64,000 bases of DNA from an uncultured bacterium (lineage in GTDB: Bacteria; Patescibacteriota; Minisyncoccia; Phycocordibacterales; PALSA-1337), in the NCBI GenBank assembly GCA_963848635.1, contig CAWKEA010000005.1:111341-175340 (forward strand), written 5' to 3'. Below are positions 20,793-30,968 of this stretch, piece by piece (position 1 is the stretch's first letter; each line of letters opens with the position of its first letter). The position numbers and the translations under genes are program-made. The notes under the pieces were generated by a model. The model did no database searches. It had not been told where the DNA came from and worked only from the letters and a program-made list of their open reading frames with translations.

Positions 20793-22472
20793 TCACAGCT
20801 CCCTCGGCTCTGGAACGACGATCTTTGCCTTCCATATCTTTGAATGGAGCGTGCGCCAGACCTCTGATATCTCGGGGTTTTTCATCATGATGAAAATACC
20901 TGCGCAGACCGCAATGCCGAATAATCCAGCCAGAAATCCTTGCATGAAGACGTTGAATGTCGTAGTCAAGGGGAAGAATATATTAAAGAATCGCAGGCCG
21001 AGGTATGCGGCGTAGCCGCCTATCACGGCTGACGATAGGCTTTGGAAAAAGACGTCGCCGAGGCGCCGGGAAAAGCCCGGGAAGTCACGATCGAAGATAT
21101 ACCAATGGAGAAAGGTGTTAACGATCGCACCGATGGAAAAAGCCAAGGGCAACATGAGCACTCCGACGCCGACCTGGTCGGAGACCTTGAGGAGCGATTG
21201 GATGAAATACTGGAACATGGGCCATGCATAATATGCTTTGTCGAGAAAATACCCCATACCCGCGATGAGCAGTGCGGAAAATATATTGACGATGAGCGGC
21301 TTCCTCGTCAGGCCTTGGGAATAATACGCGCGCACATAGAGGAGGATAAGCCCCTGGCCGACGATGGAGATGATAAAGAGGGCGAGGGCGGCGGCGGTAA
21401 GGCGCGTGTCGTTCCAGTCGAAAGCTCCCGCACCGAGGATGACACGGACGATATTGGCTCGCAGGACGATGAAGAGCGCCGTGACTGGCAGTGACCAAAA
21501 TATGATATGGCGCGCCGAAGTGGCCATCTCTGTGAGGAATTCTTCTCGTTTGCCGCTTGAAAATAATTTTGACAGCGTCGGAAATGCGGCCGAAGAATAG
21601 CTGACGCCGATGATGGTGAGCGGCACTGACTCGATAGAATTAGCGAAATTGAAGATAGAAATCGATCCTCCTGCCATGAACGACGCCAATGCTATGAGAA
21701 AAAACGAGGCCAGCTGGTTAGCTGAAAGGGTCAACGTCCGCGGCAAAGACAAGAAGAACACCTTGCGTATGCTGGGCCAATCTACCGCCCAGGTGAAATG
21801 CGGGAAGACCCGCGTCCGCACGATGAATGGGATCTGCACTGCCATATGCATGCACGCACCGAGGGCGACGCCCCAGACTAATCCAGCGAGACCAAGATAG
21901 CGGTAAAAGACCACCGCACCGATTATCATGCCGAGATTGTAGAGGATCGGCGACAATGAATAGATCAGGAAGCGCCGATTCATCTGCGTCACGCTCGAAA
22001 AAAAATTCGATAGGCCAAGAAAGAACGGCGAAAGCAACATGATGCGCATCGCGGCGACGAGAGACGAAAAATCGGCGTCATGGGCAAAGCCTGGCAGAAA
22101 CGTCCGCACAAGCCATGGCGCCAGGATATAGGCGACGATGGAGACGACGACGATAGCCGCAAAAAAGACAGTGAAGACTGAATCGATGAATTTCTTGCCC
22201 TTTTCATCGCTCTCGTCGAAATATCCGATCAGAAAAGGGATAAGCACAGAGGCAGAGACGGTCGAGGCGATAGTGGTATAGATGAGGTCTGGTATGCGGA
22301 AAGCCGCATAAAAGAGGTCAAGGGTGTGCCCCGCTCCGAACATGAATGCCAGTATCCGATCGCCGACCAGGCCAAGGACTTGCGAGGCAAGAGCAAAAAA
22401 AGCGAGAAGATATGCGGCCTCATGAAGGCCGCGTATCTCACTGCCGAGGGCCGCAAAGAACTTTTTGACCAT
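20793..22472 (-). CDS. murJ: Lipid II flippase MurJ (MviN)
   Basis: AAFRIPDLIY, many TM helices, FPTLS, RAYYS...TRKPL. Confidence 0.92.
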   Translation of the reverse strand: MVKKFFAALGSEIRGLHEAAYLLAFFALASQVLGLVGDRILAFMFGAGHTLDLFYAAFRIPDLIYTTIASTVSASVLIPFLIGYFDESDEKGKKFIDSVFTVFFAAIVVVSIVAYILAPWLVRTFLPGFAHDADFSSLVAAMRIMLLSPFFLGLSNFFSSVTQMNRRFLIYSLSPILYNLGMIIGAVVFYRYLGLAGLVWGVALGACMHMAVQIPFIVRTRVFPHFTWAVDWPSIRKVFFLSLPRTLTLSANQLASFFLIALASFMAGGSISIFNFANSIESVPLTIIGVSYSSAAFPTLSKLFSSGKREEFLTEMATSARHIIFWSLPVTALFIVLRANIVRVILGAGAFDWNDTRLTAAALALFIISIVGQGLILLYVRAYYSQGLTRKPLIVNIFSALLIAGMGYFLDKAYYAWPMFQYFIQSLLKVSDQVGVGVLMLPLAFSIGAIVNTFLHWYIFDRDFPGFSRRLGDVFFQSLSSAVIGGYAAYLGLRFFNIFFPLTTTFNVFMQGFLAGLFGIAVCAGIFIMMKNPEISEVWRTLHSKIWKAKIVVPEPREL

Positions 22473-22477
22473 GCCGT

Positions 22478-24934
22478 TTATTGTCCTGCCGTGTTGCTTG
22501 TGCCTGAGTCGGCAGAAGTCTTGCCTTCGACCGGTGGAGAAGTCCTTTTTTCTGGGGTCGAGACAGGGGGAGCCTGATTTGCAAACGCGCTCTTGCCGCC
22601 CTTTAGGTTCGACAGGATGCCAGCGACGTCCGCATTGTCTGGATTTGTCTTTGACAATTGCTCGAATTGCGCGATCGCATCGGCGTTATCCCCTGTCTTT
22701 GAATATGAGAGCCCGAGGAAATATTGGGCATTAGCATAATTAGGACTCAAGGAGACAGCTTGGGAGAGAGACGCGACGGCGTCGGAATACTCTCCGGCAT
22801 TGTATTGCAAAAGGCCGAGCTCGAAGAATGCTGTCGGATCATTTGGAGTCAATTGGGTAGCGAATTTGACCGAAGTGATAGCGTCTGCAGTATTGCCTTC
22901 TGCCACTTGGATCTGCGACAAAAGATATACCGCATCAGTGTAATTATTTTTGAGCTGAAGGGCTCGAACCAATATAGCTTGTCGCATCGCTGTATTTGCT
23001 CTGTCCGGCGGCTGTTTGGGCAAGGTCGAGGTACAGCAAAGGGCTATACGGATTATACTTGAGAGCATTGGTATACGCGGTGACGGCCGCGGCATAGGCG
23101 CCATTGATCTGGAGCCCCGCAGCTATTGAGTAGACCTGCGCTTCGGACAGATAATTATGGTAATCCGATGGATCGTGCTTGACCGCATCGACTGCGTTAG
23201 CGGCTCCTTCATTGACGAGAGCCCCTATCTGCTGGATTTGTGCCTGTGTCGGCTTTGCGCTCGAGCCAGCGGAATATATCGTTGTGCGATCATGCGCACC
23301 GCTGTGAGATCCGTTTGAGCCAAGGCCTGATCGTATATGTCTTCATGGTCCAAAGCCAAAGCTTTGTAAAAGTAGTTATGGGCTTTGGACATGCCAACAG
23401 ACGACAATGGAGAAGCGGAAATGTCAGCGACCCCGGCGGTAAAGTATCCGAAAGCAGTAGCCCTCATCGCATATACGACGAAGCCCGCGATCAGCACAAG
23501 AAGGATGATCGCTCCAAAAGACCTACCATAGAGCCTCGTTTTCCCTTCCCACTTGGAAGGAAGCGCGACCAGCCTCATATCTCCGGACCGAATGCATGAA
23601 CCGAAAAAGATTCCAATAAAGACGAATGTCAGAAAGAAATTGACGTACGAAGGGACATATACCAGATCGATATAAAGCAGGAATGCTCCCGCAAAGAACG
23701 ATGAGAAAGAGATAAAGGGCAAGAATATGCCGTTTCCCTGATCATCTGATGATTTGTCCGCCCGGACAGCAGGGCCTTTGCGGAGTACCTTCACGCCTGT
23801 ACGGATAAAGTAGACGTACAAGAGGCATAGGAGCACAATGCCTGACAAGCCGAGGGAAAGGGCTGTGGTCAGAACGATGCTTGAGCCATTTGAGAATTCA
23901 GTGGACCACAATTGGGTCAGATTTATAGCCAAAGGCTTGTACAGGAGATATTCCTTGGCGAACGTGTTTGGACCAGAGCCGAGAATAGGAGACACGTTCA
24001 TGATGCTTGTGCCGATGTTGAGAGTCGTCTGCCACGACAGAGGCGTCTCAGAATATCCTACCTTCAAAGCGCTGGCGAGAGGGTTCGTGACGCTGTTTCC
24101 TTGCCATACCATAAATACTGCCACGATGAAGACGATGCCGGAAAAGACTGGCAGGCGTTTGCTGACCGGAATGTCCTTTTTCTCATTGAAAAGCCTATGG
24201 AAAATGAGGGCAAGGAAAACCAGGGCGATGCCGAGCCAAACCGACGGCAAGCCAGCAATCAAGAGAAAGAAGAATGGGACTGCGAACAAAACGCCTGCCG
24301 CGCATTTGACGGCCTTGCTCATCGGAAAATACAGGAACGCAATGCCGAGAAGTATAAATATGATGCCGGAGAATATACCTAGGTTGTACCACGTGCCGAG
24401 GGGCGTAGTAGCGGCTCCGATAAATAGGCCGAAAGAGAGCGCCGATGGGTCTGCCAGCTTTATGATCTGGAAAAGGGTTACAACCAAGAAGCTAGAGAAT
24501 AGCGCTGTATATATCGTTAGCGCGCGAGACGAGCTACGCGAGGAATAAAGAGCCGTCAAGAGGAGAGCAATGCCCAGTATGATCATGAAGGCCGCTGTCG
24601 GATATTCGAATCCTTGGCCGAAAAAATATTTCAGGAAATCACCGCTCCAAGCGGAGGATAGCGCGAGAAGGACAACAAAAATGACGCTGATATACGATAT
24701 TGGATTGGCTATCCATTCAAAGGACTTTATCTTCCAGCGGGAGATAGCATACAGTATCGCCGAAACAAGAACGCCGAATGCAAGGAGATAGCCTTTGACT
24801 GCATTCTGTTCCAAATATGGAATAGGAATGACCACGATTGGTGCAAGAAAGATAAGAGCTGTCAAGATGCCATAGCCCCAAGATTCGAGCTTCGAGCTTG
24901 GTACTGCTTGGGCTGGTATTTGTTCTGGATTCAT
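22478..24934 (-). CDS. O-antigen-ligase-like polytopic membrane protein with C-terminal TPR repeats; two compensating indels near 23282 and 22967
   Basis: SWQ...PILGSGPNTF Wzy_C-like region; the segment between the indels reads as TPR in a shifted frame (DAVKHDPSDYHNYLSEAQVY...ALKYNPYSPLLYLDLAQ); 2457 nt is 819 codons. Confidence 0.8.
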
Positions 24935-25175
24935 AGTTGTTATGCAGATTACTAGTTAATAATTGTTAATAAAAACTGCATTCAGCGCCTTATACTTATA
25001 AATCAACCGACTTATTTTATGCGTATGACGGAAAGTATATCATGGCTCAACAAGAAACATATGCACATAATCGGTCAGACTGTGGAAATCATATATCGAT
25101 CCCCTGTTGTAAATCCGCTTTTCGTCATCATGACATTTGGTATTGCTTGAGAAATATCAATGAACAAGCACATAT

Positions 25176-25203
25176 AAAAACCCCTTCGTGCGAAGAGGTT
25201 TTT
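25176..25203 (-). terminator. Terminator downstream of rnpB
   Basis: Minus strand aaacctcttcg-ca-cgaaggggttttt. Confidence 0.75.
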
Positions 25204-25206
25204 ATA

Positions 25207-25620
25207 TGCCCTGCCGATAAGCCGAATTTTGTCATGCCTGCCTTAACGGCAGACAAGGACGGTCATCTATCTAGGACGCGCGTCGCCGCGCGCCTCAAGC
25301 GACTCTCTCTGCTTTGCGCGAAGCTCTGCAGAGTGCGGTCTTGCACCGAAGTAAGGATTTAGCCGTTGCACTTCCGCATCTCTGCGGAATTCATCCGCCA
25401 CTGCTCGCACGCGAGCTTTGGCGGATGCCTTCACCTTTCGGATCAGGCGTCACTGTTCGCACCTCGCACATTGCTGTGTACAGGCGTTACCTGTTACCCT
25501 TGTGCTCCCTTGAACGACATGGATGCCATTCGCCGCTTTCGCGGCCGGAAGCCGGTGTTCGGACTTTCCTCACTCGCTCCAAACCAAGGTCTGGACCAAG
25601 CGCGATCGTCTGGCAGGGCA
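25207..25620 (-). ncRNA. rnpB: RNase P RNA (about 414 nt)
   Basis: P1 UGCCCUGCC/GGCAGGGCA, CR-I GAGGAAAGUCC, CUAGAUAGAUGAC, CR-V ACAAAAUUCGGCUUA. Confidence 0.95.
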
Positions 25621-25706
25621 AAATAACTATACCATGCTGACGCGTATTTGGCTATATATAGAAAGCGCCGACCTGTGAGGGCGGCGCGCTGAAGGATTTT
25701 GATTGA

Positions 25707-26213
25707 TTAGAAGCGTACCGGTTCACGAGATACAAGGGCCGGGTGCGTACAGCGCATATATTCCATGTATTCGACCCACTTGTCTCTGTATTTGACTTCG
25801 GTATGTTGGACGATCTGGCTCTGTTTCAACAGATCCTTGACACATCCCTCATTCATCCCGAGCTTCAACAAAACCACAAAAGCCAGGGTGATCGACGACT
25901 CACAAAACGGCTTACCTGGTAAAAGCCTGAAGCGCAATTCGACATTGTCACGATGGGAGATGGTCGAAACTATGTTCGATCCCCCGATAGTCGCCAAGAT
26001 GTCTCTGATCTGAAGATGTTCAACTTGGCCTGCCATCCCTCCAGACGGTAAACAGGCCTTGATGATCGCCACATTCGTTCTTCCATCCGATTGGCACAAG
26101 AACGAATACAGATTGCAGTGATCACCATCCCCTGGCGAACTCTTGAGCCTGACAAACGGTCGGTATGTGTTGTGACCGATGATGCTCACTGTCGTACAAG
26201 TACGTCTTTTCAT
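25707..26213 (-). CDS. Orphan hypothetical protein
   Basis: 168-aa ORF with its own promoter and boxA-like motif upstream and a GC hairpin downstream (about 25663-25688). Confidence 0.55.
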   Translation of the reverse strand: MKRRTCTTVSIIGHNTYRPFVRLKSSPGDGDHCNLYSFLCQSDGRTNVAIIKACLPSGGMAGQVEHLQIRDILATIGGSNIVSTISHRDNVELRFRLLPGKPFCESSITLAFVVLLKLGMNEGCVKDLLKQSQIVQHTEVKYRDKWVEYMEYMRCTHPALVSREPVRF

Positions 26214-26279
26214 AGCTATAACAGCTGTCTACTGAACTCAGGATTTTATATCAAGAGTGATTGGAATTCTAACCAATTC

Positions 26280-26329
26280 TTTTAAAGAACAGCTGAACGT
26301 AAATTACCATACAAATATTGTATTGTCCA
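26280..26329 (-). promoter_or_regulatory. Promoter plus boxA-like motif
   Basis: Minus strand TGGACA-17-TAATTT, then TGTTCTTTAAAA (26291-26280). Confidence 0.6.
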
Positions 26330-26456
26330 CTCGACGTTCTTTTTCTCAAAAGGCAACGCTTGCGCTAATATCAGCATCAGCACGGGTTCTATTCTTTTTC
26401 CTTTTACATATTTTTGATTGCCGCTTTCCCATCCCAGCCTCCTCATATTCCTAATA

Positions 26457-26652
26457 CATAAAAGTTGACAAGAAAGTTGTCAACTTTTATGGACAAGAAA
26501 AAAACGCCTCACAGGAAGCGTTTGAAACGGTCATGGGAAACTACATCATACTGAGTGGATTCCCTTCAATTTCCTTGGCAACAAAAAGTTGACAAGAATC
26601 TTGCCAACTTTCAACGGCAAGAAAAAAGCGCCGGCCGGGTGACGGCTGGCGC
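26457..26652. repeat. Two units of AAAAGTTGACAAG...TTGYCAACTTT palindrome, each next to a minus-strand terminator
   Basis: cataaaagttgacaa-gaaag-ttgtcaacttttatg (26457-26491) and aaagttgacaagaatcttgccaacttt (26585-26611), each followed by caagaaaaaa and a GC hairpin. Confidence 0.75.
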
Positions 26653-26673
26653 GATGTGAATACCGATTACACG

Positions 26674-27048
26674 TTAACCTTCCATCCCAAACGAATCTGG
26701 ATAATGACGTATCGGTTCGAGCCTGGCATATTCGCGATCAGCGTGCCGTCGGCCGATAATGATTTTGTCGCCTTTCTCTTTCTGGCCAAGAATCCATCGA
26801 CAATAGAGCACTTTGCCGCTCTGATCGGTCGAATCATATCCGACCTTGACAGCGCAGTATCCGAGCAAGGATCGCACATTGTTGCCTCTGATGAACAAAG
26901 TTGCTGGTCCGAGTCCACTCAAATACGTCCACTCGCTACTTGCACCGTCCTTGTTTTTTGTGCCGCCCCATGACGAACCACCGAAGCCCCAGCCAAACGT
27001 GTTCGAGATAACGCGGCATACGTGTCCACAGATTTTTTGAATGAGCAT
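26674..27048 (-). CDS. Orphan hypothetical protein (C-terminal frame uncertain)
   Basis: ATG 27048 with SD-like AGAAAGGA; promoter TTGACA-17-TATCCT overlapping the rarA stop; terminator hairpin near 26620-26652. Confidence 0.5.
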   Translation of the reverse strand: MLIQKICGHVCRVISNTFGWGFGGSSWGGTKNKDGASSEWTYLSGLGPATLFIRGNNVRSLLGYCAVKVGYDSTDQSGKVLYCRWILGQKEKGDKIIIGRRHADREYARLEPIRHYPDSFGMEG

Positions 27049-27101
27049 AATTTCCTTTCTTTTGGAATTTAAACCAAGGATATGATTGATTTGGGTAATT
27101 G

Positions 27102-28247
27102 TCAAGATTTCCTCTTCAGGTATTTCTTCCCTTTCAATTTCTCCGGCAGGTAGCCGCTCTTGTCGTATTTTTCATAGCCTTTGCCATAATTCAGATCTTT
27201 CATCAATTTCGTCGGCGCGTTGCGGATGCGGAGCGGAATGGGCAAGTTCCCTGTCTTCTTTACATCAGACAAAGCCTCCATGTAGGCGTCGTAGGCACTG
27301 CGGTCTTTGGCGGCGAGGGCAAGGTAGGCCACGCCGTGCGCGAGGTTCTCGCGGCATTCGGGCAGCCCGATATATTCGACAGCGGCAAAGACGGCGTTGG
27401 CGACGACGAGGGCTGTCGGCTGGGCGAGGCCGATGTCTTCGCTGGCGAACACGACCATGCGGCGGGCGATGAACTTGGGGTCTTCGCCGCCTTCGAGCAT
27501 GCGGGCCAGATAGTATATGGCGGCGTCAGCGTCGCCGGCGCGCATGCTTTTGATGAAGGCGCTGATGGTGTCGTAGTGCTCTTCTCCTTTTTTATCGAAA
27601 CGGATAAAGGAATGCTCGAAGGTGTTCTTGAGATTCTCCAGCGTTATCGGCCCGTAGAGGCGCTGGCAATTCTCGATAGCGGTGATGGCGATGCGCGCGT
27701 CGCCGTTCGACAGTGCCGCCAGCCATTCGAGGGCGTCCTTGCCTACTTTTATCTTGGTCCTCTTTACGATGGCCTTGATATCCGCCTCGGTCAGCGGTTG
27801 CAGGACAAAGACCCTGCAGCGCGACAGGAGCGCGGGGATGACCTCAAAGCTGGGATTCTCCGTCGTCGCGCCGATGAGGGTGAGCCGGCCGGACTCCACA
27901 TAGGGCAAAAGAAAATCCTGCTGGGCCTTGTTGAAGCGGTGGATCTCGTCGAGGAATAGCACTTTTGGGCGGCCTTCGAGCAAGGTGTCCGGTTCGTCGA
28001 TGATCTTCCTTATGTCTTCTTTCCCTGCCGAAACAGCAGAGAGCTCATATATCCTGGCATTGACCGCCTTCGCATAGATCCTGGCAATCGTCGTCTTGCC
28101 AGTGCCGGGTGGGCCCCACAATAGAAAAGAAAACAGATGCTTGTCATCAATGGCTTTGCGGAGCGGTTTTCCTTGGCCCACTAAATGCTCTTGACCGACA
28201 AAGTCTTTGAGAGTTTGAGGCCGAATCTTGTTTGCGAGGGGTTCCAT
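27102..28247 (-). CDS. rarA: Replication-associated recombination protein A (RarA/MgsA)
   Basis: [64 protein letters not shown]; start ATG 28247. Confidence 0.96.
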   Translation of the reverse strand: MEPLANKIRPQTLKDFVGQEHLVGQGKPLRKAIDDKHLFSFLLWGPPGTGKTTIARIYAKAVNARIYELSAVSAGKEDIRKIIDEPDTLLEGRPKVLFLDEIHRFNKAQQDFLLPYVESGRLTLIGATTENPSFEVIPALLSRCRVFVLQPLTEADIKAIVKRTKIKVGKDALEWLAALSNGDARIAITAIENCQRLYGPITLENLKNTFEHSFIRFDKKGEEHYDTISAFIKSMRAGDADAAIYYLARMLEGGEDPKFIARRMVVFASEDIGLAQPTALVVANAVFAAVEYIGLPECRENLAHGVAYLALAAKDRSAYDAYMEALSDVKKTGNLPIPLRIRNAPTKLMKDLNYGKGYEKYDKSGYLPEKLKGKKYLKRKS

Positions 28248-28322
28248 GACGTAAGTATACGCTTTTTTGTGCATGAAAAAAGAGCCACTCGTGAGAGCGG
28301 CCCTTGAAACTAACGTGGAGGG

Positions 28323-29054
28323 TTACCGAGGAACCAGAACGGCAGCAAAGCAATGTTCAGGCCAGGGACCGACAGGAATAGGCTTGAGGCCGAGTGTGAT
28401 CAAACCTTTCTTGTTTGATGTCAAAGCTGGCGCAAGCACGTATTTCTTATCCAAGGAATTGCCTAAAAAGACAGTCCCGAGAAAGAAAAGCGTCTCGTTA
28501 GCCCATTCATCTGAGAACGGCGGTCCTGAAAAGACGCCTTGAGCCCGGAAATTTTCTCCTGTGAGCCATCGAGCTGCCGCCAAATTCAGATCATAGTAGT
28601 GAGGTGCTGGACTGTCGAGACGATCTCGCGAATACATTCCGTCCACAATACATGAGCCAGTCGGTTGGTAAACTGCGACCTTCATGTCGCCGAGAATGAG
28701 GCCACCCCCTTCGCACTCGAGAGTCCATATTCCCAAACCGATATCCGAAATGGCTTTGCTGATGCTGACATCCTCCGGAGCGATAACCGGTTCCAGGTGA
28801 TTGATATTCCAACCGCGATCCAAATTGACCGTCTCCCAGTCTTGTTCTGGAAGAGGAATCGTACCGCGGAGAGCGCCGAGGAACTGCTCGAGGATCCTGT
28901 CGTTGACAGTCCGCATGCAGACCAAGTCATATTGTGTAGCGCCCACCTCACGCAGCTTGCAGAGGAATTTGTGAAGGTGTCCTGCTTCTCTGCCGAGCTC
29001 ATTGGTATTGTCGTGAGCGTTTACCTTAACCGTAGTGTTTGGCTTACCATTCAT
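28323..29054 (-). CDS. Orphan hypothetical protein
   Basis: ATG 29054 with AGAAAGG, boxA-like TGCTCATTAACAA (29113-29101), promoter TTGCAA-17-TATAGT (29191-29163), terminator 28275-28303. Confidence 0.7.
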   Translation of the reverse strand: MNGKPNTTVKVNAHDNTNELGREAGHLHKFLCKLREVGATQYDLVCMRTVNDRILEQFLGALRGTIPLPEQDWETVNLDRGWNINHLEPVIAPEDVSISKAISDIGLGIWTLECEGGGLILGDMKVAVYQPTGSCIVDGMYSRDRLDSPAPHYYDLNLAAARWLTGENFRAQGVFSGPPFSDEWANETLFFLGTVFLGNSLDKKYVLAPALTSNKKGLITLGLKPIPVGPWPEHCFAAVLVPR

Positions 29055-29199
29055 GGTATTTGCCTTTCTTTTTTGCGGCGTATCCCTGAGGGAAATGCCT
29101 TTGTTAATGAGCAATCAAGCCCTTGAAATCACACGATTCCAAGGCTGGTCACTTCGTGATCTACTATACCACGATTTGTATGTATTTGCAAGATACCGC

Positions 29200-29256
29200 C
29201 TGCCCGACGAATTCAGCCAGATTTTGCTGGCGAATTTTTGAGGCGAGGGGTTCCAT
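29200..29256 (-). pseudogene. Stub of a second, diverged rarA 5' end (19 codons)
   Basis: MEPLASKIRQQNLAEFVGQ versus rar[20 protein letters not shown], with an equivalent leaderless -10 (TATCCT-tacgcc-ATG versus TATACT-tacgtc-ATG). Confidence 0.85.
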
Positions 29257-29304
29257 GGCGTAAGGATACTCTCAAAAATAAGAAATCTATACTATAATTA
29301 TTCC

Positions 29305-30582
29305 TTATTTTTCCATCTCTTCCTTTAAAAATTCTCGCGCACCGGGTGTAGTCATCCATATATTGCCTTGAGCTTGCCAGTATAGCCATGCCTCGTCTTC
29401 GCCACCGACTCTTACTCGGCCAGGGATAAGTTCAGGTTGTGGATGTTCTATTTTTAATATCTCCTTGAATACATGCAAGTTATATTTTTTATGCATTTTT
29501 ATAGCCGCCTTGACTTCATCGAGCCGTCCAAGCTTGTACAGAGCCAGAATTTTTCCTGTAACAAGTTCTTGTACCATATCTTCGGGATATTTCTCCGATA
29601 AAACCAGAAGCTTTTCGAGCTTGCCAGTCTTGAGGTAAGCTGTAGCCAGAAAAGCGCGCATCCCTTGATTGTCATTCGGATTGAGAGCGATCATCTCTTC
29701 GTAGAGCGGTATTGCCTGCAATGGGCCATCCTCGGTATCGACAAAAGTTGCGTACTCTCCCAGCAAAAGCATAAACGGCCTATTTTCAAGCATTGCCCAC
29801 ATTAAAATATCTTTACCTAACTTGAAATCTTTAGGCAATAAAGCTCGACCTGCAGTAATTGAGTTTTCTAAAACATTCCTTGCGCTCTTCGCATCTCCTC
29901 TCATAAAAGCGTTCTTGGCAATGCGAATCGCTCCTTCAAAAAATAAAGGATGCTTTTCAACAGCAATCTTCATCATCTCGACTATATCTTCTGCATTATC
30001 TAAAAGCATCCTATCCTCCATGAGCTGTTCATCGAGTTCTTCACCGATATCTTCATCAATAGCATCTAAATCACGGATCATGCTACGCAACATTTGAATC
30101 TCGATTGGATACTCAAATTCCCATTCATTTTTTGCTCTTTTCACGATTCGAACATCTTTCGGAAATCGTTTTGAAAATATTTCATAAAAATTGCGGCGAT
30201 ATTTCAACGGCAGATCGGCTGCTGTATTTTTTTCTCCTTTGCTCTCTTTCCTACTGCGTTCAACCATCTCGCGCGGAGATAGACCGTTCAATGAATTGTG
30301 CGGAAAATGATTCCAGGCCTCCATAACAAGATCTGCTCCTTTTTGAAAGTCTTTTTGAGATGCATTTTCAAGAAGAAACGTGATCATTCGTGATGGCAAC
30401 TTTATATCATCATCGTTCCAAATCATATCTTTCATATCGTCTACTGTCAATTTCTCGTGGATATTCAACGTGGAAAGAAAGCGGCCTAATCTTTCCTCAA
30501 ACTCCATGAGATCGAAATAAATATCGCTCTTCAACAAATGAATATCAGGTATAACTTTTTTTGTTTTGATGATTTTTTTCAT
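29305..30582 (-). CDS. AT-rich TPR-like hypothetical protein
   Basis: WNHFPH.SLNG.SP motif, W..LENRPF, LNPNDNQGMR helical-repeat motif. Confidence 0.75.
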   Translation of the reverse strand: MKKIIKTKKVIPDIHLLKSDIYFDLMEFEERLGRFLSTLNIHEKLTVDDMKDMIWNDDDIKLPSRMITFLLENASQKDFQKGADLVMEAWNHFPHNSLNGLSPREMVERSRKESKGEKNTAADLPLKYRRNFYEIFSKRFPKDVRIVKRAKNEWEFEYPIEIQMLRSMIRDLDAIDEDIGEELDEQLMEDRMLLDNAEDIVEMMKIAVEKHPLFFEGAIRIAKNAFMRGDAKSARNVLENSITAGRALLPKDFKLGKDILMWAMLENRPFMLLLGEYATFVDTEDGPLQAIPLYEEMIALNPNDNQGMRAFLATAYLKTGKLEKLLVLSEKYPEDMVQELVTGKILALYKLGRLDEVKAAIKMHKKYNLHVFKEILKIEHPQPELIPGRVRVGGEDEAWLYWQAQGNIWMTTPGAREFLKEEMEK

Positions 30583-30641
30583 GATTCGATGATATCATAC
30601 ACCCATCCCAGCTGCCATTTGAAGTGTGTGGTGACGAGCTC
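30579..30641 (-). pseudogene. Stub of a second, diverged histidine phosphatase 3' end
   Basis: ELVTTHFKWQLGWVYDIIES* versus KLVTTHFKWQPGWCYDMK*; 41/49 nt identical to 32011-32059; its TGA overlaps the ATG of 29305-30582. Confidence 0.85.
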
Positions 30642-30653
30642 TAATAATGGCCG

Positions 30654-30941
30654 TTATGATTCTTGCATATAATCTATCACGATTTCGATTATTTTTTTGA
30701 CGGTCTCATTGCAGTTCTTGAATGAAATCTTATCTATGATCTCACCGCCAAGGACTCGAATGACATCGCTTATGAGCGCGTGTACGAATGATTGCGTCGC
30801 TGAATCGACGCCGACAAAATCTAAAGTCACTTCCTCGCCTTTTTCTAAAGCAGGGATTATCTTCTCTTTTCGTAAAGATTGTGCGATGTCTTTATTTTCT
30901 GCAAATGAGCCGACATGATCGATGAGTTTTATTATTAGCAT
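30654..30941 (-). CDS. STAS-like domain protein (DUF4325-like)
   Basis: VTLDFVGVDSATQSFVHAL with the conserved Ser region; paired with the upstream ATPase. Confidence 0.8.
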   Translation of the reverse strand: MLIIKLIDHVGSFAENKDIAQSLRKEKIIPALEKGEEVTLDFVGVDSATQSFVHALISDVIRVLGGEIIDKISFKNCNETVKKIIEIVIDYMQES

Positions 30942-30968
30942 GATATTTTTTGTATACTATTGGATGGA

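Noticed and set aside
25042-25640. ORFs 25042-25362, 25314-25640 and 25366-25626
   Set aside because: They are antisense shadows of the RNase P RNA gene.
27099-27959. Long antisense ORFs (for example 27099-27959, 18745-19569, 50187-50966, 51036-51767, 61533-62276)
   Set aside because: They lie opposite well-supported genes with GC-rich third positions and show no recognisable motifs.
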